Part shown: in pieces, positions 15,501-28,877 of the stretch | Position numbering within the stretch: position 1 is the stretch's first letter | Layout: each line of letters starts with the position of its first letter | Origin: Iphione sp. A-MEVVRFRX5 | Lineage: Eukaryota | Assembly (NCBI GenBank): GCA_976226885.1 | Contig: OZ320315.1 | Location: 868,001 to 932,000, forward strand | Reading direction: 5' to 3' | DNA length: 64,000 bases | Notes under the pieces: model-generated | Seen by the model: the letters and a program-made list of their open reading frames with translations, nothing else | Database searches by the model: none | What the model was told of the DNA's origin: nothing | Position numbers and translations under genes: made by a program

Positions 15501-18500
15501 GAAATATGAAATTCCGAACTGAGTATACAGTCAGATGTGAAGAAAGAAGAGTCTTGCCAGCTACCTCCATGCAGGTGGAAGAAATGGTTGCCAAAGCTGA
15601 AGTTCTTGCACCGGAAGTCTTCTCCAAGCATGAGTGGTGGCAGCTCGCGCTCCGTCTTCGTTTCATCTCCTGAAATCATTATTCTCTGTTAAAACATGAT
15701 AACTCATTATTCTCTGTTAAATAATGATAAAATTATTATTCTCGCTTAGATCACGATGAAATCATTATTCCCTGTTAGATCATGATGAATGTGCTAAATA
15801 TCATCCTTACTAAGTTAAAACAACATATCGTTTATTGCTGCCTGAAAAGAATAGGCACCAGGACTCGGAGAAACCTCCTGTCTGAGAAACAGATTCAAAG
15901 AAGAAACTGTAGAATTGTTCTCCCACGAAAGCTTAGTTTACGATGTATTTATGTGTGCTCATGATGTGGCTCAAGAAGAGCTGAATCATTTCTGCTGCAG
16001 ACCATGTTTAATATAGTTTACTTTGCCCTGGATGTATAAAGTATTAATGCTACAAGTGCAAACTACATGTAAACTGTATACATTGTATCTAGTTTGAGAA
16101 GCGTCATTCTTTGATGAGGGAACTCTACCTGAACTGAGGTAAACACTAGTAGACACTGGTACTAGAATCTCTAAGTCAGACACACATGACATTCACAAGA
16201 TACAACATTAGACAAGCAAGACCAACGAGAGCTATATATCTGTCTCATACCAGCACTTGGACATCATGATGAATATACAGCAGATGACATTCCATTAAGT
16301 TGTCTAGTAAAACAGTCACACGTAACTCGATTATCAAATACACAGCGTCAACGTTACCTCCTCTAACAATGGATCGATCACTGCACCCCATAACAGCATC
16401 CAAATGGTGCATCCCACAATAATGTCAAAATGGTGCACCCCTACAGCATCCAAATGGTGCACCCCATAAAAACCTCAAAATGGTGCACCCCATAATGTCA
16501 AAATGGTACACCCCACTAATAACATCAAAATGGTGCACCAATTAATAACATCAAAATGGTACACCCCATAATAACATCAAAATGGTGCACCCACAATAAC
16601 GTCAAAATGGTACAGCCTATTAATTACATCAAAATAGTGCACCCATTAATAACATCAAAATGGTGCATCCCATAATAATGTCAAAATAGTGCACCCCACA
16701 ATGACATTAAAATGGTGCTCCACTGATGGACTTGCCCTGTCTTGGTGAACATCGCTCTAGCATCATTTAGATGTCCTTACGAGATGCAGCGATCAGCCCA
16801 TCCATGATCTGACCATGTGTAGTAGGACACATACAAGTCAGTAAGACGGATACAATGATAAAACACTATGACAGGTGGAAGTGGTAGTCATACATACCTG
16901 CATCTGTAGAATTACGAGATACAACATTGTATTAACAGTTGGAATGATGAGAAAAGAAATACATTTGACAGAGGAAGAACCATATGTAACTCATATTTCA
17001 ATAGTTGTGATTATGGATGATGGACTGTTGGAATTTAACCAATGATCAACTACTGAATCAAGGCCCTGCAGCTAACAGGCATATGCCCTTCCACAAATGA
17101 ACGCAATCCTTTCAATTGTTAGCACAACATTTTGACAAGTGAACACTATCCTTTAAGAAAAAAACAATCCTTTCACTAGTAAACACAATCCTTTCACTCA
17201 TCAACACAATCCTTTCACTAGTTGACACGAGCCTTTCACTTGTCAACACAAGCCTTTCACCAGTCAACACAATCCTTTCACTAGTCAACACAATCCTTTC
17301 ACTAGTTGACACAATCCTTTCCCTAGTTGACACAATCCTTTCACTAGTCTACACAAGCCTTTCCCTAGTCAACACAATCCTTTCACTAGTCAACACAATC
17401 CTTTCACTAGTCAACACAAGCCTTTCCCTAGTCAACACAAGCCTTTCACTAGTCGACACAAGCCTTTCCCTAGTCAACACTATCCTTTCACTAGTCAACA
17501 CAATCCTTTCACTAGTCTACACAAGCCTTTCCCTAGTCAACACAAGCCTTTCACTAGTCAACACAATCCTTTCACTAGTCTACACAAGCCTTTCCCTAGT
17601 CAACACAAGCCTTTCACTAGTCTACACAAGCCTTTCACTAGTCAACACAATCCTTTCACTAGTCGACACAATCCTTTCACTAGTCTACACAAGCCTTTCC
17701 CTAGTCAACACAAGTCTTTCACTAGTTGACACAAGCCTTTCACTACTCTACACAATCCTTTCACTAGTCTACACAAGCCTTTCCCTAGTCAACACAAGCC
17801 TTTCACTAGTCAACACAATCCTTTCCCTAGTCAACACAAGCCTTTCACTAGTCTACACAATGTTTTCACTAGTCAACAAAATCCTTTCACTAGTCGACAC
17901 AATCCTTTCACTAGTTGACACAATCCTTTCACTAGTCGACACAAGCCTTTCCCTAGTCAACACAAGTCTTTCACTAGTCAACACAAGTCTTTCACTAGTT
18001 GACACAATCCTTTCACTCGTTGACAAAATCCTTTCCCTAGTCTACACAAGCCTTTCCCTAGTCAACACAAGCCTTTCACTAGTCTACACAAGCCTTTCAC
18101 TAGTCAACACAATCCTTTCACTAGTCGACACAATCCTTTCACTAGTCTACACAAGCCTTTCCCTAGTCAACACAAGTCTTTCACTAGTTGACACAAGCCT
18201 TTCACTAGTCTACACAATCCTTTCACTAGTCAACACAAGCCTTTCACTAGTCTACACAAGCCTTTCACTAGTCAACACAATCCTTTCCCTAGTCAACACA
18301 AGCCTTTCACTAGTCAACACAAGCTTTTCCCTAGTCAACACAATCCTTTCACTAGTCAACACAAGCCTTTCTTTAGTCAACACAATCCTTTCACTAGTCA
18401 ACACAATGTTTTCACTAGTCAACACAATCATTTCACTAGTCAACTCAATGTTTTCACTAGCCAACACAATCATTTCACTCGTTGACACAAGTCTTTCACT

Positions 18501-21500
18501 AGTTGACCCAAGCCTTTCACCAGTCAACACAATCCTTTCACTAGTCAACACAATCCTTTCACTAGTCAACACAATGTTTTCATTAGGGAACCCAACCTTT
18601 GACCTTATGGAAATCATCTTGTCCCTTGTGGATACAATCCCTCAAGCTATGGATACAGTACTAGAGTACTTAGAAGAGTAGACATGGTAATTTAATTAGT
18701 TTGTCGCTGAAGAGAGTAACCTTTGACAGGTATAGCCCTTCAAATTGTCAGCTCTCTACTTGAATAAATGTTCACTCTGACTGTCCTCCTCGAAAGAGTA
18801 GGCATGCTACTTAAGCCTTGAATGGAGCCAGGGTTTAAAGACATATTGTGCTTGAAGATCATACTATTTTAGGATATAAAGGATCCTAGGGTGATGTTAT
18901 ATAATCATCTTAAATGGAGCATCATGATAGTTGGGAAAGGCAGAGTCTTCCACGGTGTCTGTGTGTTTGTGTCCAATACAGATGACATCAGTTCATTTGG
19001 AAAACATTTACATTCTTGCTATAACTTACTCACTAAGTGGTGACCTTTCAAAGATCATGCAAGAAGTAACACCACAGTAAAGTAGTTACCCAGTCCTTCC
19101 CCACCAGACAACGCTGTGTACACACACAGAGTAACACTTCACCTTATTACTCTTTATCAGACTGCGTGGTGTAGGGCACTCACTGCTACCACCACCACCA
19201 CCACCACCACCACAGTAAAGTAGTTACCCAGTCCTTCCCCACCAGACAACGCTGTGTACACACACAGAGTAACACTTCACCTTATTACTCTTTATCAGAC
19301 TGCGTGGTGTAGGGCACTCACTGCTACCACCACCACCACCACCACCACCACAGTAAAGTAGTTACCCAGTCCTTCCCCACCAGACAACGCTGTGTACACA
19401 CACAGAGTAACACTTCACCTTATTACTCTTTATCAGACGGCGTGGTGTAGGGCACTCACTGCTACCACCACCACCACCACAGTAAAGTAGTTACCCAGTC
19501 CTTCCCCACCAGACAACGCTGTGTACACACACAGAGTAACACTTCACCTTATTACTCTCTATCAGACTGTGTGGTGTATGGCACTCACTGCTACCACCAC
19601 CACCACCACCACAGTAAAGTAGTTACCCAGTCCTTCCCCACTAGACAACGCTGTGTACACACGTGGCTAACACCTTACCTTATTACTCTCTATCAGGCCC
19701 TACAGTGTAGGGCACTCAGTGTGACTACCACCACCACAGTATAGTACTGTGGCCCAGTTCTTCGCCACCAGACAATGCTCTGTACACACGCAGTGTAACA
19801 CTTTACCTTAGTACTCTCCATCAGGCCCATTGGTGTACAGCACTCAGTGCTATCACCACTACCACCACAGTATAGTAGTTACCTAGTTCATCTCCACCAG
19901 ACAATGCTGTGTACACACGCAGCGTAACACTTTACCTTAGTACTCTCCATCACCCTACATGGTGTACAGCACTCAGTGTTACCACCACCACAGTCCACAG
20001 TATAGTACTGTGATCCAGTTCTTCCCCACCAGACAACGCTGTGTGCACACGCAGCGTAACACTTTACCTTATTACTCTCCATCAACCTGCGTGGTGTAGG
20101 GCACTCAGTGTTACTACCACCACAGTCCACAGTATAGCACTGTGACCCAGTTCTTCCTGTCCAGACAACACTGTGTACACACTGTCGTTCAAAACATATA
20201 GCATAATGCAGGTTTAGATGAACGGACAGTTGTATACACTACCATTGTCAAGGAAACCACTTCACGTAGAGGGTAAAATCAGAGAGGGGCAGGAACTGAT
20301 TTGTAGTCTAGAGAACCTAAGATAACATCTTGCGAGATGTGGTGAGTCTGCCAAGGGTGATGCAAATGTGCAATTTAAAATGGAGATGCAGGGTGTGGGA
20401 ATTCTTTTTGACGTCACAAAAACTCTTTCACGGTTCGGACTTAGTGTTTCCTCAGGCATCTGCTGCTAAAAATGACAGTTCTGTCACTAGGGTGACATAC
20501 ATGTATTCCCCAAGGTGACGGTTCAGTACAAGGACCTGTAGAATCTAAGATAATACGCCCTCCACCCACACTGCCCTGTATGAGGTGAGAATATTCACGA
20601 GGGGAAGAGGGGGATGGGAAGTCTAGAGGCTCTAAACATGCCACCCTCCCACACTCCCCTCTGTGAGGTGAGAATGTTTACGAGGGGTACAAGGGGACTG
20701 GAAGACTAGAGAATCTAAGTATGCCGCCCTCTCACACTTCTCCCTTTAATGGTATCGTGGGATGTTGGAACAGCCATGCATTCCTGGCCCTCTTTCCTAG
20801 CAGTTATGTAACAGTGGGGTGTCCGAACAGCCATGTGTTCCTGTCCATCTTCAGCAGTTAATGGCATAGTGAGGTGTTGGAACACCCATGCGTTCCTAGC
20901 CGTCTTTCCCAGCAGTTATTGGTACAGTCAGGTGTTGGAATAGCCATGCGTTCCTAGTGCCCTTTCCTAGCAGTTAATGGTATAGTGAGGTGTTGGAATA
21001 GCCATCGGTTATTGTGCATGTATACCTCTAATAACGAAGACTCTGAGAACAAAGATCCTTCATAAAGAAGTTGGCATCCTGCACATACTTCATGGCCGGA
21101 GGCCACTTTCTCTCAATCTCATTTGAAAAGAATTCGCTAGAAATAACTTATAAATGAAAACGAAAAATAAAAATGTTAAGTTTATAACCCTAATGATGAA
21201 TGCTAAACTTATAAGGTCCCGTCATTGGACGCATCTACCTCATAAAGGTATAATAAACCACGTGATAAACCACGTAATAAACCAAGTGATTTCCAGGAAA
21301 GTACAATCATACACGTCTTCAGGGTACATCAACCGTGTACAAGTATGGCACCAATATGACACTGACAGTCGGCCATACTTGTATCACCTTCATCCACTAC
21401 AATCATACACGTCTTCAGGGTACATCAACCGTGTACCAGTATGGCACCAATATGACACTGACAGTCGGCCATACTTGTATCACCTTCATCCACAACTACA

Positions 21501-24500
21501 GTCATACACGTCTTCAGGGTACATCAACCGTGTACCAGTATGGCACCAATATGACACTGACAGTCGGCCATACTTGTATCACCTTCATCCACTACAATCA
21601 TACACGTCTTCAGGGGACATCAACCATGTACAAGTATGGCACCAATATGACACTGACAGTCGGCCATACTTGTATCACCTTCATCCACAACTACAGTCAT
21701 ACACGTCTTCAGGGTACATCAACCGTGTACCAGTATGGCACCAATATGACACTGACAGTCGGCCATACTTGTATCACCTTCATCCACTACAATCATACAC
21801 GTCTTCAGGGTACATCAACCGTGTACCAGTATGGCACCAATATGACACTGACAGTCGGCCATACTTGTATCACCTTCATCCACAACTACAGTCATACACG
21901 TCTTCAAGGTACATCAACCGTGTACAAGCCTGGTGCTATGTGCTCATTATGAGTAAGGTAACAAGGTCATGAACAAGATCATAGAAGAGATACAAAGCCC
22001 ATTCTCTTTGTGTGGTGGGGGCGCCCTCTACTCACCAGCCATATTGGGCAGCATCCGGTTCAGGTCAGGTACGCGCATGCGCTTCTTCATGGCCACCAGG
22101 AAGGGTACGAGGAAGCCGACCAGCTTGAGGAGGTAGAGCTGCTGTCGCACCTCCTCCTTCTTCTCCAGGTTCTGCTCAATAAGGATCTCATGCAGCTGGA
22201 GGCGGGCATTGAGTCGCTCATAGCCAGCCCGGTCGAGCCGGTCTTCTGTCAGGCGCACCAAGCTGCTCACCGCCCAGGCCGAGTCGGCCACGAAGAGGTG
22301 CTTGTGTTGGAGAAGGGAGCGCTGATAGAGAGTCAACCGCAGACTGACATCATTGACGTGTGACATGAAGAAACGACGGTCCTCAGCCATCTCAGGGTCA
22401 CCCACCGACTCGACGGGCAGGCGGTCATAGATGTGAGAATACTCCTCGTCTTTCGTAATGTCAATCATACCTGGAACAAGAAGGAATGCTTATAATATGA
22501 CAAACACGAGGGATTCCTGAATCACATTTAAGAAGATCATACCTGGAACATGAAGAAATCCTTACAATAAAGCAACATTCGACCCACACGAGTGACCCCC
22601 ATTACACGGGTCTAGCTACTCACAGCTGTGGGAGAGAAGTGTGTCCACTTTAACTGAGCTTCCTCTGAACCTGAGTTCTGGGGAATTTAAGGAGAAAATT
22701 CTAAGTTTCAGTGAATCTGAGGGTAAAAACCTTATTTGTTGGGAATTTGAGAAGAACATTCTGAGTTGTAATAAACCAACAGACTATTCCTCTACTGCTG
22801 GTAGACCCCTGATGTAGCCATGTCTGAAATGTGGACAGTAATTGTGACATTCCATCGTATGGGGTGTTTGTTTATTCAAAGAAATTCCTTCCCTCATATA
22901 CATCTGATGCCTAAACGGCTTTCATAACAGAGACAGATTTCCTAATCCAACCAGGACTGTGTGAGGCTGATTGAGGAAGCCCTACTAGAGATGAGATGCC
23001 AGAGTGCCAGAGTACCAACACTTACCAGAGTTTAGGATCTAGGAGTGCTGGACCGAGTCTTGATGGAGCACCTAATGCTGGGCATAGCGCTAAGTTTATC
23101 ATAACTCTAACATGACATAACTTTAGTTGCTCTCTCTCTATATATACATATACTTTTTTAGGCTCCACAGAACCTGGTAGCACTTACAAATAAAAATACA
23201 AATAAAGAAGGTGGTGATGGTTGGGGAGAGGTGGCTGTAAGATTTGGATGTATGACTTTCTCCTCCCTGATTTAGACCAAGTACATGAACTCCCTTGGAA
23301 AGATACATCTGCCATAGCCTAGAGTCTAATACTGTCCTCTTCCAGCCCCTGCCCAGGACCCAGCTCCGCCATCTCTTGGGCAGGAGGTGGTCAATGGGTG
23401 ATTGATACATGTAGTTAATAAGCTGGGACTACTGGCTGAGAGCTCAGGTTACACTCTGGGCAGAGCTCTGGCAGCTCTTAATAGGCACTGCTTAATGGGT
23501 AGACGTGGGTAAATGGTGCACACTTGCCTAAGATCAACAGCTTGTCCCTGAGGCTTTCTCACATTTGGCAGGTTTGGATGCTAGAAACTCGTTAGTGGGA
23601 CCTGCGCTCCACTCTGCCACTACTCGACAATTCTCATTCGAAAAACCAAACAAGAAGGTTCTCCTTTCTTACTTATTTAGGGACTTCATTCAACCTTCAG
23701 AATTCTAGACTGAGACCTCCCCATCCCTTTTATAATATAGCTGACCCCCTTTGACTGACAGTGAGTGGTGGTATATGTGTTCCTTGGTCGGTTATGGAGA
23801 AACTGTCAGTTGGTGAGGACTTCTTTCTCCCCCAGATTAAATCTGTGGCAGTGACTGACATTGGATATTCATGCTTAATGTTTTGCAACTCACTGAATCA
23901 CAGGTATGTGCTGATCTGAGTGAAGATGAAGTTTGTTAAGATGAACTTTAGACATAGAAAATGGAGGCACTCTTACAGGTGGTAAAAATAAAGATTGAGG
24001 GGCACTTAAAGTGGTTGATACATTTCTAAATATATATCATGGACATATTATACATATTATATGCACCCATGTAACAGTAAATAGTAAAGTGATCTCTTGT
24101 AACGAGGTAATAGGCTGAGTTACAATGATATACAGTGCCTTTGACTGGTTGGTAAGTAAATTTTATCATAACGAACAGACAGTAGAGCAACGTTCTCGCA
24201 AAGCTATTACAACTAACAGCTGCCTTTTATCCCAACCTACCCACTAGTAATGTCTCGTAATGTGTTACAGCAATATGCGGTATCTTTGGCTGGTTGGTAT
24301 GTAAATTCTACTGTAACAAACAGGCAGTAGAATGATGTCCTCGCAAAGCTATTACAACTAACAACTGCTTTCTATCCCAACCTACCCACTAGTAATGTCT
24401 CGTAATGAGTTACAGCAATATGCGGTATCTTTGGCTGGTTGGTATGTAAATTCTACTGTAACGAACAGACAGTAGAACGATGTCCTCGCAAAGCTATTAC

Positions 24501-26409
24501 AACTAACAACTGCTTTCTATCCCACCCTACCCACTAGTAATGTCTCGTAATGTGTTACAGCAATATGTGGTATCTTTGGCTGGTTGGTTAGTGAATTCTA
24601 CTGTAACGAACAGACAGTAGAGCGAGGTCCTCACAAAGTTATTACAGGTCACTGCTGTACACAAACTGAGAGGGAATAATCCAAGGTTAAGCTTGTCATG
24701 AATGTCTATACACGTGTTTTGGGAGTTGGAAGTAAACCAGCAGGTAGAACGAGGTGGAAATAGCATGAAGAGTGGCATCACTTCTAACCCTATTCACCAA
24801 TACCACTAATCCTGAATATGAACGAGAGAGGGAGCTACAAGGTCTGTGGTCCCCTGTCCTCTCTCACACCTCCTTCCTGCCTAAAGCCACCTACCAGAGG
24901 CCCTCCTTACTTACTGGAGGAACATAAACAACGTACAAACTAGCTGGTTTTCCAAAACTTGTTCAACTAACCACTCCAACACTTTAATTCACTTGAAATG
25001 GTCTAGAAGCCTGATGTGGTACACTAAGATAGTTGCAACCTTTTTGCTATGACATTTTAAGTTGGCCTAACCTGCCTTAATAAACTTAGTAAAGCTTCCC
25101 ACCCTAGACTATTGTAAGTCAGCCTACCAGCACTGGTAAACTCAGTTGTACTTCCCTCACTAGACTAGTGTAAGTGGGCCTTACCCACACTGGTAAACTC
25201 AGTCGTACTTCCCTCCCTAGACTACTGTAAGTGGGCCTTACCCACACTGGTAAACTCAGTTGTACTTCCCACCCTAGACTACTGTAAGTCAGCCTTACCT
25301 GCACTGGTAAACTCAGTCGTACTTCCCTCACTAGACTAGTGTAAGTGGGCCTTACCCGCACTGGTAAACTCAGTCGTACTTCCCACCCTAGACTATTGTA
25401 AGTCAGCCTTACCTGCACTGGTAAACTCAGTCGTACTTCCCTCACTAGACTAGTGTAAGTGGGCCTTACCCGCACTGGTAAACTCAGTGGTACTTCCCTC
25501 ACTAGACTATTGTAAGTCAGCCTTACACCCACTGGTAAACTCAGTCGTACTTCCATCACTAGACTATTGTAAGTCGGCCTTACCTCCACTGGTAAACTCA
25601 GCTGTACTTCCCTCACTAGACTATTGTAAGTCACCCTTACCCGCACTGGTAAACTCAGTCGTACTTCCCACCCTAGACTAATGTAAGTCGGCCTTACCTC
25701 CACTGGTAAACTCAGCTGTACTTCCCTCACTAGACTATTGTAAGTCACCCTTACCCGCACTGGTAAACTCAGTCGTACTTCCCACCCTAGACTAATGTAA
25801 GTCGGCCTTACCCGCACTGGTAAACTCAGTGAGTAGTGGCTTCTTGGGGTTAGCATCAACGTTGGAGCGCCATCTCTCGGCGAACTTAGTCCGTTTCTCT
25901 TTGGGGAAGTAGGCGCCGTGCCAGAGGGCCTTCATCATGTAGTCTACGCTGATGAGCAGCTGGCCTACCCGCGTGTCGATGTAGGCGGGGGGCAGCTGGC
26001 ACGAGGTGCTCTCATCGCAGTTCGCCTCCAGACAGATGAAGGGCAGCTGGTTGAGGGCGAAGATGCCGAAGGTCAACTCCCGGATGATCTGGTGCACTTC
26101 ACGCATGTCTGGCGGTGCCAGGTCCGCCTCCTCTGGAAGTAGGACCACAGCACTGAAGGTGTTTCCGATAGGCAGCATCTGACTGATGATACCAGACGCC
26201 GGGTCAGTGGGAATCTTAAAGTCCTCCGTCGACAGCATGTAGTGCGTCTGCGCATGCGCCAGCAGCTCCTGCAGCTCGGCGCGGTCATACTTCTCAAAGA
26301 AAGTAGCGACATAGCGCATAGCAAAGCCGTCGTCGGTGTCGGGGGGCGGGGGCTCGGCCGGAAGCGAGGCTGCCGCCGCCTGCGCCGCCTGCGCCGCTTG
26401 TGCACGCAT
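510..26409 (-). CDS. ANKAR: Ankyrin and armadillo repeat-containing protein (partial; 3' end lies beyond the left edge of the window)
   Basis: Eleven phase-consistent GT-AG exons: 26409-25812, 22470-22036, 15669-15565, 13823-13652, 12758-12575, 11465-11243, 7276-7075, 6849-6641, 6104-6000, 1874-1612 and 660-510 (2647 nt, ~882 codons). The N-terminal SCQLPPAYIDTRVGQLLISVDYMMKALWHG and KTERELPPL segments are recognisable ANKAR motifs. They are followed by ankyrin repeats (GLSLVHWAA, GPTPLHLAA, GWTPVHHAA, STPILLAA, GNNVVHLAA) and ARM repeats (GVPALVECL, IQSRAAIVL, GAIPALV). An acceptor at 26424 implies upstream 5' exon(s). Confidence 0.93.
789..1560. repeat. Intronic tandem repeat, ~46-bp unit (GTCCTGATAGTATTACATGGTC...GCAGTCCTAGATGGTCA)
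   Basis: Degenerate tandem units read directly. Confidence 0.85.
2248..2805. repeat. 111-bp tandem repeat x5 derived from the acceptor and start of ANKAR exon 1874-1612
   Basis: Unit starts at 2248, 2359, 2470, 2581 and 2692. The units resemble 1815-1900 (CACTGCC..ACTTCAT..CAGGTACACCA..AATTCAG.AGAAACCA). Confidence 0.8.
3450..4505. repeat. ~33-bp minisatellite (CTACCCTACAGTACAGTGTAGTCTAACTCTGAC)
   Basis: Roughly 30 degenerate tandem units visible. Confidence 0.9.
4885..5500. repeat. 125-bp tandem repeat x~5
   Basis: Near-identical ORF-track peptides start at 4928, 5053, 5178 and 5303 (period 125). Confidence 0.9.
5610..5840. repeat. ~29-bp degenerate tandem repeat (GACTTGATATTTGACTT...)
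   Basis: Repeated GACTTGATATTTGACT cores. Confidence 0.7.
8295..8630. repeat. ~41-bp tandem repeat x~8 (GGGGTTTACTGTATCCTACTGTTAACCCTTTGCCTGC)
   Basis: Direct reading of the units. Confidence 0.85.
10180..10500. repeat. ~80-bp tandem repeat x~4
   Basis: Recurring ATGAATA(T/C)AAAGTAG and CAGAGAGATTGTT blocks. Confidence 0.75.
12840..13710. repeat. 94-bp tandem repeat x~8 containing the end and donor of ANKAR exon 13823-13652
   Basis: ATACAGGT recurs about every 94 bp from ~13011 to 13671. The reverse complement of the unit is the exon end plus GAAAGAG|GTAC. Confidence 0.9.
13935..14380. repeat. ~39-bp degenerate tandem repeat
   Basis: Recurring CCAGTCCAC..TTCACAC(A/G)TAACCA.ACTCA.CAACTCA blocks. 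Confidence 0.75.
14650..15290. repeat. 29/31-bp minisatellite (GAGGTGTGGTGGGACCTGAGTCAGATTCA)
   Basis: About 20 tandem units visible. Confidence 0.9.
16395..16720. repeat. ~26-bp tandem repeat (AACATCAAAATGGTGCACCC...)
   Basis: Repeated CAAAATGGTGCACCC cores. Confidence 0.85.
17105..18590. repeat. 21-bp minisatellite x~70 (CCTTTCACTAGTCAACACAAG/T)
   Basis: Exact 21-bp periodicity; gives 7-aa-periodic spurious ORFs on both strands. Confidence 0.95.
19070..20180. repeat. ~130-138-bp tandem repeat x~8 with an embedded variable (CCA)n tract
   Basis: CACAGTAAAGTAGTTACC at 19073, 19211, 19349, 19478 and 19610, followed by diverged copies. Confidence 0.9.
21300..21930. repeat. Alternating 108/111-bp tandem repeat x~6
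   Basis: Periodic peptides in ORFs 21154-21972 and 21335-21952; lies inside an ANKAR intron. Confidence 0.9.
24150..24650. repeat. ~157-bp tandem repeat x3
   Basis: Three copies of CTCGCAAAGCTATTACAACTAACA...CCCACTAGTAATGTCTCGTAATG. Confidence 0.85.
25090..25830. repeat. 57-bp tandem repeat x13 made of the last 19 nt of ANKAR exon 26409-25812, its GTAAG donor and the intron start
   Basis: CACTGGTAAACTCAG recurs from 25131 to 25816 at a 57-bp period. Confidence 0.92.
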
Positions 26410-28713
26410 CCGGGCAAGACGGACTGAAGAGGAAGAGATGAGAGGGAGGTGTATACATGTTCATGCATATTAACATGGGTTTAGTCCTGAGGGAGAGGTG
26501 TTCATCTTATGGTGTGTATGATCTCACCTATCCACCACAAGACCAACAATTGATTCAGGTAAAGATGAATTAATACGCATCATCTTATTTCATGCTGTGT
26601 TCCTCTACAGATTATTTCCCTTGTACTGATCTAAGAAAAACGTGCACTGTATTATATGTTCTGTACACCATGTGGTACACTACATGCATCCTGTGTGAAC
26701 AGTGAATAAACCAGGCATATCAAGGATATTAAGTTAGACCAGGTACACTAGCACTTCCACACACGCTAAGTTGGCTTAGGACCACTGGCTATCGTTATAT
26801 TACCTCTCTCTTACAGAACCAACACATATATACATATATAAGTTTATATGCTGAAGTATAGCTAGATTCTTAGCTCTTTATCCAATACCTGCGGTGTTCA
26901 TGTATATTGTCCACTTGCTTCAACACACCAGTCTTCCTCGTCCAACCCACATACAAGGAGTAGGCATTAGATTCACATTATTTACCTACGTTTTGATGTC
27001 ATATAGCATGAGAATCAATGTGAATTATGCTGACATCATAAACTTACATTATATGATGAGTGACCACACACTGACCTTTACATGTATATCAATGATAAAT
27101 GCACACAAACCAACCTTTACATGCATATAGATGATGTGTATCCTAATGGCCTTTGCATGGGTATAAATGACCTTTGTATGGGTATGAATACCTGAACCCA
27201 CTAATAATCTTGAACTGTGTCTGTGGCAGATATGCTACTCTCATACACTGGGGTGAAGTTTTACAGTGTGTTTATATATGTACAAGCAGAGCACTCCAAC
27301 ATGAATAGGACTCTAGATGCACTCTTGAGGTACTGTCCTAGAGTAAAACTTAAAAAACCATCCTTAAAATGTTTAACTCCAAGAGTCAATATGATTCCAA
27401 CCTACCAGTCAATGTGATGTTCTAAGAGGCTGAACAGATCTGAATGACATGCAAGTCAAACGGTATTGAATATCCGGACATCGCGGCAGCAGTCAAACAA
27501 CGCCAGGCAAGGCCATGCCACACTCTGCTGCTTTCACAGCTGCTGGCTATATTACCTCTGAGTAAAGAAGAAGTCAGGAGACCTGCTAAGCTTATCCTTC
27601 CAGGTTCCTTATCCGTGGGAGGAGTCTCAGTCTTCAAGGTCGGGGAAGCCATGGTCTCTCCTTATAAAGCAGTATAACTAGTGATGGTGAAGAGAGGCCG
27701 TAAATTGGAGAAAACTTTTATATGCATGATATAATAGATACTAATCGCTTTAATATACCTGATCATGTAACAATAAATATATTGTGTCAGTGGGGTAGAG
27801 CGCGGTTTGATGGTTTTGATGTAGGGATGTCAACAGGGTTAGGAGAACTAATTATAGGTCGCTAATCAGTACAGGTGTTGGCAACTTGTATTTGCATGGA
27901 ACACCTGAGAAGAACAATGTTCGTTTCTTCCCGTGTACCAAAGACATACAGATTCGTTCCAGAAAATAAATAAAAAAAATACTTTATCATTCACTCACCT
28001 TGCAATAATACACTCTTAACCTCTATGTGTGCACATCTTGATCTTATAATTGTAAGAGGTTATTTTAGGTGAACCTAGTGATCATTGTACATCCTTAACA
28101 ATCTGAACATGCTAGTGCACTTCAGTGGGCTGCCACTTTCCTTGATAAACAGGTTTACTATGGCAGGACGAGATGGTAGATGGCTATAGGCTCTGCCGAG
28201 GTCACTCCAGCCAGATGATGCTTGGTTCGCATGCTGCCATGGGGGAGGGGCGGGGGTGGGGTGACATTTAGGGCATTACATCGTAAATTAATCAAAGCAG
28301 GGGTTGGTGGTTGTTAGCCAACAATGTGAACAGCCGACAGTCATTAGCTTAGAACTGGTATCGCACCAGCCACCCCCACCCTTGCCTTTCCCATCAGGTC
28401 TATACCAGAATCAGCAGGTCTATAGCAGAATTAGCAGGTCTATACCAGAATCAGGTCTATACTGTCGGAGGTGTGACTGCGACCCTTGATGCCCCCGCCT
28501 TACAGGCTTCCCATTAATTATCAGGTTTTATTTAGGTTTTTAGGAATTGATTAATTGAGCGTATAATAGCAATAAATGGAAAAACGGGTAGGAATGGCAC
28601 TTTTTAGTGTTGGTGGAGACAACTGATTGTCATTCACAGTATTAACCCACCAATTCGCAGTATAAACCCGCCGATAGTGAAATAACAGGAAATCTAGTAT
28701 TTGTATGCATTTC

Positions 28714-28877
28714 CAGAGCTGGGCACCCAAGAAAAAGTTGTCGCAACTATGTCGCATTTCTCAAGGCCTTTGTCGCAAATGCAGCACGGAACTAGTGAGG
28801 AGAAAAAGAAAGTTGTCGCATTTTTTAATCCCCGTGTCGCACTTTTTTTGCGAAATGCGACAGGTTGCCCAGCCCTG
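28714..28877. mobile_element. 164-bp MITE with CAG..CTG termini (hAT-like) and a 5-bp TSD ATTTC
   Basis: Left end CAGAGCTGGGCACCC; right end reverse complement CAGGGCTGGGCAACC. ATTTC at 28709-28713 and 28878-28882. Internal TGTCGCA iterons. Confidence 0.75.

Noticed and set aside
15176-15679. 167-aa ORF as a whole
   Set aside because: Only 15669-15565 is an ANKAR exon; the remainder is intron read-through.
17860-18681. 273-aa ORF with (LSLVNT) repeats
   Set aside because: It is the translation of a 21-bp intronic minisatellite; no splice or promoter support.
21154-21972. 272-aa and 205-aa repetitive ORFs
   Set aside because: Products of the 108/111-bp tandem array, antisense inside an ANKAR intron.
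25119-25859. 246-aa ORF with 19-aa repeats
   Set aside because: Alternative frame through the 57-bp junction-derived array.
25812-25870. ANKAR segment RSNVDANPKKP seems a few residues shorter than I recall for vertebrate ANKAR
   Set aside because: Based on memory only; it needs an alignment and may be normal lineage variation.
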